A stretch of 64,000 nucleotides of DNA from IMG/VR virus record IMGVR_UViG_3300042351_000809. One strand, written 5' to 3'. The DNA is from a virus. Below the pieces are notes generated by a model, which was given only the letters and a program-made list of their open reading frames with translations, made no database searches and had not been told where the DNA came from. How positions within the stretch are numbered: position 1 is the stretch's first letter; every line of letters starts with the position of its first letter. A program made the position numbers and the translations under genes. Positions 10,314 through 21,000 of the stretch are shown piece by piece.

Positions 10314-11132
10314 TTATTTCAGATAACCTCTATACCTTACCGTTATTCCTACAGGAGAATTTACACTAGCGGAGAAGTCTTCGGAAACATCAATGAAATA
10401 ACATAATGAATTTCCAAAATTAAAATTTACTGAATTACCATTAAAATCTTTAGTGTTAATGTAAAAATTACTTATATTTTTTAAGTTATAAGATAAATCA
10501 GACAGCTTTTGAAGCACATAATTGTCCTGAGCTATATTAAAATCACAACTCACTTCAAGAGGATAAATGCTTTTAACGGAAAAAGGAGTAGAAGAGCCTA
10601 GGTAATAACTTGGATTTCTATTAATTCCAATACTTAGATTAAAAGAATTAACTCTATTCGTTGCGAAATCATTTATTCCTATATCAATAGTGTTTGAGTT
10701 CACCAAGGCTGTTGAGCTAGTTTGATTAAAAGAACCCGCCGAAGAAATTGAACCAGCATCATTAAAAATTTGAAAATCTGCTCTAACAGTAGGAACTTCT
10801 CCGATTTGGGCACCACAAGTATAAGAAGTTAAATATCCACTTTGAAATCCAAATAATATATTAGAACTAGGATTAGTCTTCTTAGTTACGAAGCCATAAT
10901 TTCCAGCCTCACCTGTGCAACCAAGAAAATCATTAGACGTTGTTAATAAACTAGTTACAGACAAATTGGCAGTCTTTGCTCCTTCTGGAGTGTAAAAGCT
11001 GCTATTCATACCAAGATATTTGGTATGTTGAACTGGCATTTGATAGGAAGCCTGAATGTCCTGAACGCCATGAACTTGGCTTTGATTCAAGTAAAAATCC
11101 AAGTTCTGCTTATTTAGTCGAGATAATGCCAT
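10314..11132 (-). CDS. Tail-tube-like paralogue (possible baseplate tube protein)
   Basis: GYLTSYTCGAQIGEVPT and VNSFNLSIGINRNPSYYLGS...YPLEVS align with GFLTNYSINAAVGDFPT and IQNFSISMGLNRTPLQKIGS...FPVTVT of the tube protein. Confidence 0.6.
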   Translation of the reverse strand: MALSRLNKQNLDFYLNQSQVHGVQDIQASYQMPVQHTKYLGMNSSFYTPEGAKTANLSVTSLLTTSNDFLGCTGEAGNYGFVTKKTNPSSNILFGFQSGYLTSYTCGAQIGEVPTVRADFQIFNDAGSISSAGSFNQTSSTALVNSNTIDIGINDFATNRVNSFNLSIGINRNPSYYLGSSTPFSVKSIYPLEVSCDFNIAQDNYVLQKLSDLSYNLKNISNFYINTKDFNGNSVNFNFGNSLCYFIDVSEDFSASVNSPVGITVRYRGYLK

Positions 11133-11139
11133 CTTATTT

Positions 11140-11169
11140 TATTATTTACACAAAAAAGTGTAATAATAA
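11140..11169. promoter_or_regulatory. Back-to-back divergent putative late promoters (GTGTAAATAATA on minus, GTGTAATAATAA on plus)
   Basis: TATTATTTACAC-AAAAAA-GTGTAATAATAA between divergent operons; the same motif precedes many other structural genes. Confidence 0.7.
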
Positions 11170-11189
11170 GTTGGTAAAAGGTAAAAGGT

Positions 11190-11744
11190 ATGTCTAGTTC
11201 AATTTTTAATATTAGCTCATGGAGCAATTCTGTCGCATACAATAAGCATGACATTATTGTGTATACAGATAATCGATACTATTATGCCAAAGCTGGCGTA
11301 CCCACAAATAATCCTCCAGTCTATTCTAACGTAATCTCTAATACTGATGCTTACTGGGGAGGATATTTTCAACACCCAGTCGTCAAGAAAGACTACCCTT
11401 TGTTTATTTGGAAGCCTTCTTATCAAACTCAAGCAAATTTTGATCCCAAAGTTAATGTAATAAAATACGGAGATGGATACGAAAAGAGAGTTAGCGATCA
11501 AATAAACTTTAATCTTCTTAATTTTGAATTGAACTTTGATGGATTAACTCTAGATGAATGTACTGCGATACTGCACTTTTTAAGTGCTAGATCTGCGAAA
11601 ACAGCTTTCATTTACTACCCATCTGCGCCTTATTCGGTTGCGTCAACCGATGCCAAACTATTTGTTTGTAGAAGATGGAGTTCATCTAATCCATTTTTTA
11701 ATAACTTTTCCATAAAGGCTACGTTCGAAGAAGTACCAGCATAA
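11190..11744 (+). CDS. Distal tail protein (lambda gpM-like) with N-terminal CBM5/12-like extension
   Basis: PKVNVIKYGDGYEKR...ILHFL...AFIY motif typical of gpM; first gene of an M-L-K-I-J block. Confidence 0.8.
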   Translation: MSSSIFNISSWSNSVAYNKHDIIVYTDNRYYYAKAGVPTNNPPVYSNVISNTDAYWGGYFQHPVVKKDYPLFIWKPSYQTQANFDPKVNVIKYGDGYEKRVSDQINFNLLNFELNFDGLTLDECTAILHFLSARSAKTAFIYYPSAPYSVASTDAKLFVCRRWSSSNPFFNNFSIKATFEEVPA

Positions 11745-11748
11745 TCCT

Positions 11749-12870
11749 ATGGCTACTCAACAAGACAAAGATTCATCTTTAAAAGTAAACAGAGAGTTCT
11801 TTTCTCTTGAGCCTTCTTCGATAATTTCTTTATTTGAAGTGGACTTAACTGAAATTGGATTTGATACTGCTTCTCAGTTTGTAGTTAATATTAAGAATTT
11901 TCAAATATCATTGCCGGGAGCAGAAACTGGTGTTTTTAATTATAGGGTAATTCGCCTCCACAATAATTTAAAGCTTGGAAGGAATATTATTTATTGGAAA
12001 GGAAATGCGTATCTACCCGCTCCACTTTCTACAGAGGGTTTTGAAATAGCTTCAAGAGGCGTATTTCCTAAGCCTAAAGTTCAGATCAGTTTTTCTGATG
12101 ATATGCTTGATGTGTTTAGCTTATTTAGAGGAACTGTTAATTTTGGAGATTTAATTGGAGCTAAGTTTACTAGAATTAGAACATTTGCTAAATTTCTTGA
12201 CAGATCAAATTTCTATCAAAACGACGGAACCTCTCCCCTGTCGCCAGATAGACTTATAATACCAGAAGGATTTGATCCTGATCCTAATTGCGAATTTCCT
12301 AGAGATATTTATTATTTTGACAGAAAATCTTCTGAAAACAAAAATAGTATTCAATTTGAGCTATCAAGTGCTATAGATCTAGACAGAGCCAAACTTCCTA
12401 AACGAAGAGTATTAAGTTATATTTGTCCTTGGCAATATAGAGGAGAAGGCTGTCTCTATGAATATAAAGAAAAACTAACTGAAGATACTCATGGCACTAT
12501 AACTCCAATACCAAATAAAAGCGATTCTACTGGAGAAAAAGCTCCTGTTTGCGCCACTGAAGACGACCAAATAATCTCAAAGATGCCAATTTTTTCTGGC
12601 ACAACTGTAGGAACCAATAAAATAGAATCTTGGAAACTCTCAACAACTTATAACAAAGGCGACGTAGTAGTTATTAATAAGAAAAATATTAATTTCTATT
12701 TTGTTGCCAAGACAAACGTTCCCATGAATATCCCTCCTCCAAATGGACAATACTGGATAGCTGACCAATGCTCTAAGAGTATAAAAGGATGTAAGATTAG
12801 ATTTGGAGAAAATGCTTTACCTTTTGGCGGATTCTATGGAGTATCTAATTACAATAGAGGAGCATTGTAA
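11749..12870 (+). CDS. Minor tail protein L (lambda gpL-like, four-Cys Fe-S type)
   Basis: GAKFTRIRTFAKFLD, FELSSAIDL, CPWQYRGEGC and DQCSKSIKGCKIRFG...LPFGGF. Confidence 0.9.
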   Translation: MATQQDKDSSLKVNREFFSLEPSSIISLFEVDLTEIGFDTASQFVVNIKNFQISLPGAETGVFNYRVIRLHNNLKLGRNIIYWKGNAYLPAPLSTEGFEIASRGVFPKPKVQISFSDDMLDVFSLFRGTVNFGDLIGAKFTRIRTFAKFLDRSNFYQNDGTSPLSPDRLIIPEGFDPDPNCEFPRDIYYFDRKSSENKNSIQFELSSAIDLDRAKLPKRRVLSYICPWQYRGEGCLYEYKEKLTEDTHGTITPIPNKSDSTGEKAPVCATEDDQIISKMPIFSGTTVGTNKIESWKLSTTYNKGDVVVINKKNINFYFVAKTNVPMNIPPPNGQYWIADQCSKSIKGCKIRFGENALPFGGFYGVSNYNRGAL

Positions 12871-13628
12871 TGGTTTCGGATGAAATAAAAGCAAAAATAA
12901 AAGAACACGCGCTAAAGGAAAATCCTGAAGAATGCTGCGGTCTTTTAGTGCTGAATAGAAAAAATATCCTAGAAGCATTTCCATGCAGGAATGTCGCTCA
13001 AGATAAAGAAAATGAATTCATTGTATGTCAAATGGATTACTTGAAAGCAACGATGAATGGCAGAATTACTGGAATTTATCATTCACATTGCATACAAAAT
13101 AACTCTTTTTCAGAATTAGACAAACAAATAAGTCATAAGCTTAATCTAAAGAATGTAGTCTATATACTAAAAAAAGACTCTTTTGAAGAATATTCTCCAG
13201 AAAACTACTATAATAAATACATAAATAAAAACTTTGTTATAAATCAATCTGACTGTTTATCAATAGTAGAAAATTACTATAATGAAGAATTTGGAGTTAA
13301 GATTTTTCATTACGAAAGAGGTGCAGATTGGGACAAAAACTATCCAGAATTTGTTAAAAACAAGTTGACTGCGTTTTGTGAATCAGATGACTTTGATAAG
13401 TTTTTTGAAAAAGAAAACTTTATTAAAATAGAAGGCATAGAAAACGCTAAAAAACATGATATTATTGTATTCAAGTATTTAGACAACTATCCTTCTCATT
13501 TTGGTATTTACCTTGAACAAGGTTATATCCTACATCAACCAAGAAATAAAAAGTCAGTAATAGAAAAACTAACAGACGCAGAGAAGAGAAGAATCTATTG
13601 TTTTGCAAGGAGTAAACAATTATGCTAA
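12870..13628 (+). CDS. Tail assembly protein K, copy 1 (JAB/MPN + NlpC/P60)
   Basis: EECCG...YHSH...FSELD JAB motif; SDC...HFGIY...ILH NlpC/P60 motif. Confidence 0.85.
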   Translation: MVSDEIKAKIKEHALKENPEECCGLLVLNRKNILEAFPCRNVAQDKENEFIVCQMDYLKATMNGRITGIYHSHCIQNNSFSELDKQISHKLNLKNVVYILKKDSFEEYSPENYYNKYINKNFVINQSDCLSIVENYYNEEFGVKIFHYERGADWDKNYPEFVKNKLTAFCESDDFDKFFEKENFIKIEGIENAKKHDIIVFKYLDNYPSHFGIYLEQGYILHQPRNKKSVIEKLTDAEKRRIYCFARSKQLC

Positions 13629-14368
13629 CAGAAGAGCTTAAAAATAAAATCATAGAACACGCTAATACTTCTAATAATGAAGTATGTGGCGTTTTAGTAC
13701 ATACAGATAATGGACTAGAGGTACAAAAGAAAGATAATCTCATTAATTCAGCTACTGAATTTGCGATGGATATTTATAGCCAGTCTAATTTTGCGGCTTA
13801 TTATCATTCCCATATTAATTTTGATTCTATTTCTGACGCAGATATAATTGTTTCGGAAAGACTAGGTTTGCCTTGTATAGTTTATAATAAACAGAGCGGG
13901 ACTTTCCATATCTATTATCCCAATGGATACAAAATTCAATACACTAAAAGACCTTTTCTTTTAGGATTTGCTGATTGCCTTTGGTTAGTAAAAGATTATT
14001 TCTGCCATGATTTAAATATCCATCTATGCCCAGAATTAGAAGTTCTAAAAGAGTCTGTATCTGAAGAAGAATACAATGAAATGGCGACCAAGAGGTTTAT
14101 AGATGAAGCTGATGCGTTAAAAGAAAAAGATGATTACTTAAAGAGGTATTTTGAATACAACGGATTTAAAGAAGTTTTTAATTTTAAAAAGAATGACGTT
14201 CTAATAATGAAAACAAAAGCTTGTAATTTTCCAATACATTGTGCTGTTTATCTTGGAGAAGACACTATTTTGCATCACCCCGGAAATAAGTATTCTCTTG
14301 TCGAAAAGCTTTCTAACCAACACAAAAAATGGGTAATTCATATAATGAGGCATCACCTTTATGACTAG
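13622..14368 (+). CDS. Tail assembly protein K, copy 2 (JAB/MPN + NlpC/P60)
   Basis: EVCG...YHSH...ISDAD; RPFLLGFADC...HCAVYLG...ILHH. Confidence 0.85.
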   Translation: MLTEELKNKIIEHANTSNNEVCGVLVHTDNGLEVQKKDNLINSATEFAMDIYSQSNFAAYYHSHINFDSISDADIIVSERLGLPCIVYNKQSGTFHIYYPNGYKIQYTKRPFLLGFADCLWLVKDYFCHDLNIHLCPELEVLKESVSEEEYNEMATKRFIDEADALKEKDDYLKRYFEYNGFKEVFNFKKNDVLIMKTKACNFPIHCAVYLGEDTILHHPGNKYSLVEKLSNQHKKWVIHIMRHHLYD

Positions 14369-15083
14369 TATTACCTTACACGGAGAAATAGCAGAACAAG
14401 TAGGAAGAGAAAGTTGGAATTTAAAAGTAAATTCCATAAAGGAAGCATTGCGAGCTATTCAGGTCTTGTCTAAAGGTAAGCTCTTAAAATATCTAATAGG
14501 AGCAGCAGAAAAAAGCGTAGAATATAAAGTCATTGTTAACAAAAGAGAAATAATGAATCCAGAAAGCATTTCTCTAGAGAAGCCAGATTCTATTATTAAT
14601 TCTGAATTAGTGATGATTAATGAAAAGCTAGAAACTTTAGATATCGTTCCAATTATTAGGGGTGCTGGTGGCGGTGGAAATAACACAACAAAAGGAGTCT
14701 TAGCTTTAGTTCTTGGCGTTTTATTAATAGCTACAGGCGTTTTTGCGCCAGTTGGATTTGGGCTTGGATTATCTGCTACAGCAAGCGCAACTTTGTCAGG
14801 AGCATTAATTGGAGCAGGTATAGGATTAGCCGTAACAGGTGTTACGTTATTAATGATGTCACCTCCAAAATTTGATGATTTTAGAAAAATCCAAGAAGAT
14901 GGCAGCAAGCCAAACTACTTATTTGATGGACCTTCTAACATTCTTGGAGAAGGCGGTCCAGTTCCAATTGGTTATGGCAGAATGAAAATAGGATCTCAGA
15001 CAGTTGAAATATCTGTCAATAATATTGAACTAGATAATAAATCAACGGCAGCAGACGTAAAAGACCAAATAAATAATATATAA
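14361..15083 (+). CDS. Tail assembly protein I (lambda gpI-like, ubiquitin-like N-terminal domain)
   Basis: ITLHGEIA...EALRAI...IVPIIRGAGGGG, a hydrophobic segment, then YLFDGPSN...PVPIGYG. Confidence 0.85.
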   Translation: MTSITLHGEIAEQVGRESWNLKVNSIKEALRAIQVLSKGKLLKYLIGAAEKSVEYKVIVNKREIMNPESISLEKPDSIINSELVMINEKLETLDIVPIIRGAGGGGNNTTKGVLALVLGVLLIATGVFAPVGFGLGLSATASATLSGALIGAGIGLAVTGVTLLMMSPPKFDDFRKIQEDGSKPNYLFDGPSNILGEGGPVPIGYGRMKIGSQTVEISVNNIELDNKSTAADVKDQINNI

Positions 15084-15084
15084 A

Positions 15085-18000
15085 ATGAACAATCTTGAAG
15101 ATTTTAAATACATAAAAGGTTTTGGTGGAGGTGGAGCAAGTACAGCCCCAGCACCAACTGCTGCATTTGAAGATGCCGAGGGATTTGTATATGATGGACT
15201 TACTTATAACGTATATCAATTCGCTAAAGTAAAAGACCTTTTGTCAGAAGGACCAATTGGAGGTCTTCTTGAGGGGCAATATAGCTTTTCGGGTCAAGTT
15301 GGAGACCTAGGATTTAAAAAAGTTACTTATAATGAATACCCATCAGTTGTGGGCAGCGATGGAGAATCAAAATATTTAAGATCAGTTCAATGGAATCAAA
15401 CCCCTCTTTTAGACAGCCAAGATAAATACAACTTCCAGCAAATAAACATTCAAACAACCAATGGAACCCCAGAAGGGACTTCATCTGGAGGAGAGTTTGA
15501 CAATGTTTCTTATATTCGTTCAATAGGAGAGAGGCTTAGAGGTCCAAATTTACTGGCTTCAACTGAAGACGAAGCTCTTGACTATCAAAGAACTTATCGC
15601 ATTTTAAATAGGGAATGCAAAAAGATTTCTCTTAACTTTAGAATTTCTTCTCTTTATGTCAGTTTAAAATATCAGGATTTAAAACCAATATCAGAAGGCA
15701 CTTTAAAAATAGAAGGAGTAACAAGTGCTAATCAAAGCAGCAGTACATTTACATTAGATCCAACAAGTAGAGATGTTGAATTAACTAATGGAAAAACGTT
15801 AGATGCTGGCGTAGGTTCTGTAATCCGCCATAACTTTAAAATAAGAATTAGAATTTCTCCAATTTATAAAGAAGGCTATAATAGCAACTCCGCAGTGCTT
15901 GATCTAATTTCAGACAAAGCCAAAGTAATTGACGATTCTAAAGACTTAACTGTCACAGTAGACACTTTCCCTCAAATATTCGAACTAGAGTCGAAAGGAA
16001 AAATCACTCAAGGATATTCTAAACAAATTATTTTTGATACCTCTTCCAAGTTTCTCTCATTGAGCGAAAATGAAAATTGGCTAGGTTGGGATATATCAGT
16101 ATTAAAGATTACTCCAGAAGATACTTATTCTTCAAGAGCTTCTTTTATAAATCTAGAAAGCATTACTGAAATATACTCTTCTTCGTTTAGATATACAAAT
16201 TCTGCTATTGTAACTTCTAAGTTTAATGCTGCGTATTTCTCAAAGATTCCAGAAAGATCTTATGATGTTAAACTATTAAAGGTTAAGGTTCCTGCTAATT
16301 ATGATCCAATAACAAAAACCTATGGAAATACAACTCCACTTTCAATTACAGCCACTAATTCATTCGCTAAAACTGATAAAGTAATCACAACAGATTTCTT
16401 TATTGGAGAAAACAATGTATATACAAATTCAGACAATGTTAATCCTCCAATTACAGATGGACTAATTGCTCAGTTTGACGCAAGTAACGCTTCTTTAACT
16501 GCTTCAACAGGATCAGTAACTAATTGGCCCAATACTGTAGCTGGATCAACTATAAAATGCGTTTTAGGAAATGGAACTTACGCATCTCCAAATGGAAGTG
16601 CTAACAAGCCAACATATGGATCAACATATTCAGAGCAAAGCCCGAATGGAACTTATGGTGTTTCATTTACGACCACTCAGAAAGCAAGATTCGTTTACCA
16701 AACTGAAACAAGCCCATTAGCTGACGCTAGTAATAACTATACTGTATTTGCTGTCTGTAAATGGCACGACAGCGCAACTAACACAGAAAGGAATAGGATA
16801 ATTTCTTCTTATAGTTTGGAAAATACTTTTGTTTTGGGGTTTGATGGTAAATTTAATAATGCTTTTACCGTAGGTAGTCAAATCTATGGAGTAATGCCTG
16901 TTAATTTTTATCAATTTAATCGTTCTAATTATTGGAATGATGCCAATGATACAAATACCTATATCGTAGGAACAAGCGTAAGTAATTTAAAAGATGTAAA
17001 TATTTTCTGGCAAAATACTAACTACTTTGTAAGACCTATAAATGCAGTAGCTGCGCCAAAAGGTTTAGCTATTAATTCTTCAGCGAGTACAAGTAGATGC
17101 ACTGTTTTTGAAATATTGGTTTACAATAAAGCTTTATCAAAATCAGATGGAATCAAGATAAGAAATTGGCTAAATAAAAAATGGAATCTAATTTCTAGCA
17201 ATCTATCTTACTCTACATCTGTAGCTGGATCATATAATACAAACGTTCTTAATGTAGCATCAAACACTTATTTGAAGATGCCTCTTAAAACTCTATGCGC
17301 CAATGGACAAAGAACAAAGGCTTATAGTTATGCTGGAGGCAGTTTGGCTACTTCGGATTATTATGAATTTGATTTAATGCCTCAGAGATATTGGAAAAAT
17401 TGGAAAACCCCACAAAACTTTTCTTTAAAAGATCAAGGATTTTGCAGTTTTTATTGCGATTTCTTTATTAAACTAGGAAGCATTGGAGACGGAAATTATA
17501 CTCTAATTCATAGAAGTAATCAGTTTAATCTTTCTATGACTATATCTGGAGAAAATGTAAGTCTAATACTTACAGTTATTTCTCCAAATGAAAGCAAAAA
17601 TTACACCATAACAAAAGCCCTAGATCCAGCGAAATATTCAACAACCAAACTTAAAGAAAATTTCACAAGAATTAGTTTCTATATACTTCCAAAAGTAGTA
17701 AAACCAAGCATATCGTACACCACAAATGCAAGTAGAGTAAATAACATAAATATATCAGATAGGACTTGGACTAATGACTACATCACAGTCAGAAGAGCAA
17801 CGGCTGATGGAAACGAAAAAGCATTAGCACAAGAATTAAAAGATTTTTATTTAGTAAAAGCAGTAAGCTTTAAAGAAGACACTTCCTATAGTAGCGATAT
17901 TAATAACTTGCCAGAAACTTGTTATAAATATATATACTGCAATTTTAATTCAGCCACACAACAGACAGGAGGAAGGTCTTCAACTTTTGTTCCTGTTATT

Positions 18001-21000
18001 GAAAGAAGGCTTACTAAAGAATACTTCCCAGACATATTAAATGCAGAGATAGATGTTCTAGTTAACCTAGAAAAACAGATTCAATGCAATATAAATATTT
18101 CAAATTATGCTGCTTATCAAACTCTTTGTGTTGGAGCTTTATATAGACCCGCTACAGATCCTGTTTGGCAAAATGAAATAAATCAAAGGGCACAGATAGC
18201 TCCACTTGCTCAAGAAGCCTTAAATACCTACAATAAACAGGAATACCATAAAACATTCGACGGCTCTTCTACTTCAGTAAGTTTAAGCTCTTCTCAGAGT
18301 GAAGTTAAAGTGCTTATCCCTCTTGCTGCTGGACAAATTTACGACGCAGTAAATACAAAAACTGGACCTTTTATTCCTTCTTATTTCATAACTAATAATA
18401 ATCAAATAGAAATCTTTACATCACCCGCTGGTTTCGGCGGCAAAATAGAAGGCTATGCTGATTCTATTAGAGTAAATCAAATTGATTTTGATAGACTTTC
18501 TTTGTCTAAAGCATTTGCAAGAAATCTTTTCTCAGAAGGTCTTTCTAGGAAAACCACTGTTTATGATGTAGTAGGAGTTTTACCTTATTCTACATCAAAT
18601 GATTATTGGGATGGAGAATTTAAAACTGAAAAAGAATGGACGGATAATCCAGCTTGGTGCTTCTACGATCTTTTAACAAATAAAAGATATGGAGTAGGCA
18701 ACTATGTTACAGAAAATGACGTAGACAAATGGTCTCTTTATCAGATAGCTAAATACTGCGATGAGCTTGTCTCAGATGGATTTGGAGGAGTAGAACCAAG
18801 ATTTACATGTAATGTCTATTTGCAAACACAAGACGATGCTCTTAAAGTGTTGTCTGATATGGCTTCTGTATTTAGAGGAATGTTCTATTATTCAAATGGA
18901 TTCATTTACGCTATAAATGATATGCCAGAAGATACCCCTATTTATTCTTTCACTAATTCAAATGTATCTGATGGTAATTTTACTTACGAATCCACATCAT
19001 TAAAAGACAGAAATTCTGTAGTCTATATTAGATACATTGATAAAAATAATTTCTATAAACCAGCAGTAGAATATGTAGAGAATATTGAGGCTGTTAGAAA
19101 ATTTGGATTTAAAGAAACTGAATTAACGGCCTTCGGATGCACAAGCAGAGGACAAGCTCAAAGACTTGGCAGATGGTTATTGGCTTCAGAATACAATGAA
19201 ACAGAAACAGTTTCTTTTGAAGCTGGTCCAGAGTGCGTATACTTAAAACCCGGAGACGTAATTAAAGTTTACGATTACAATAGAAAATACAAAACAGTAG
19301 GCGGAAGATTAAATAATATTAACATTTCTGGAGACACAAATGTAACTACTGGAATACTAACTCTAGATAGAAAACTTGATTTTAACTTTTCTGGAAATCA
19401 AAATTATAAGCTAACCATACTTTCTCCCAAGTATAATCTAGATCCTAGTTTTAAAGACGCAGCAGGAAACAGTATCGTTACCAGTAACCTTGATTATAAT
19501 GACTACAGAAAGCCTCTTACTAATTCATTCATAGTAGGAAGCGGCAACTTAATTACTGGTCAATATTATGATTCAATTAGAATTACGGGTCTAGCACCAG
19601 TAATGGCTTCTGGATTAAACGTAACTGGACTATCTTATTTTACTGGAGCGTCTGGAATGTCTCCTAAATCAATAACTTGGGCTTTAGAAAACTCTGGAAA
19701 TCTTAATGGATCTACTGATAGCGATTATGATTTCTATAGAGTATTTAGAATACAAGAGTCTACGGAAGGAACTAACTATACAGTAATTGGTTCACAGATG
19801 TATCACTTAAAATATGCTCAAATAGAGTCTGGATTAAATATCACGCCAGCAAAACCACCAGCACCAGAAGCTTCTGCCCCTTCAAGAGCATTATTTACTC
19901 TTGGCGTTGCAGAGGCTAATGGAGTAATAGATCAAAGCAAAGTATTGATTGAAATCTTTTATGACTCTTCTATAAAAGACACTACGATAGGCTTCAAAAT
20001 ATTTAACAAAGCCTTTTATGGATCAGACTTTAACCCAAATAGCTCTAGTGATTTTAAATTTGTTCCAATCGATATTTATGAATCTTATGTAAACACTGTT
20101 CTAGACAAGAGCAACATCAAAGGTTCTATAAGAATTTATGGAGCAAATATTAATAATAGCTCTCCATTAACTTATGTTGAAGCTTCAAATTCTCAAAACT
20201 CAAATGAATTATTCGTCTCTCCAGTTGTTGCGATTACTTATGACGATGTAAACATAAACTCATCTATCACTTTGAATAATAAAGTTTACGGTTTTACTTC
20301 TCCGATTGATTTAACGAAAGCACAATACTTTCAGTCAACAACACCTTCTCAAATTCAATCTATTAAAGCTCCAGAGTCTTTGTCGTTCAACATCCCCTTG
20401 CAATTCATAAAGAATCCAAATAAATTCAACAATCTTGATTACCCTTATAGAATAGCAATAATACCAGAGAAAGTAGATACAAAAGATGCTTTTGGCACTG
20501 TTTACAACAAGTACCTTAATGTTTCAAACTGGGAAGACTATTTAACGTTTGATGAAGATCAAACTAGTGATAATATATATAACTACAAAACTTCAAATGT
20601 TTTTGCTAAGTACAGGAATTTCTCTTTGGCAATTGATAAAATGACATTTACAGATGTTGGAATGAAATCTACTTCTAATGATTTTAAGAATGTAGATGGA
20701 TTTTTACTAGTAACTTACGACAATCAAGACGCTGATTTAAAAACGTCTTTAAATGCAATTTTAAAAGATACAAGAGCGACTTACTCTATTGTCACAAGTC
20801 AAGGATCAAATAGATTAAAATTCACCATTCAGCAAGATACAGCGAGTTCTTTTATTAACGCTTTTTATCTATTACTAATCCCTAGTGAAAATATATTTGA
20901 ATTTGGAAAGAATTCAATAAATCACAATCCTGATGGAAGCCCATTGTCTGTTAACGATAATACTGGAAAAGAAATCGTTGACTCTCACTTTATAACAATA

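Noticed and set aside
16324-18606. Intein in gpJ
   Set aside because: No Cys/Ser start with His-Asn end and no homing endonuclease motifs; content is LamG-like.
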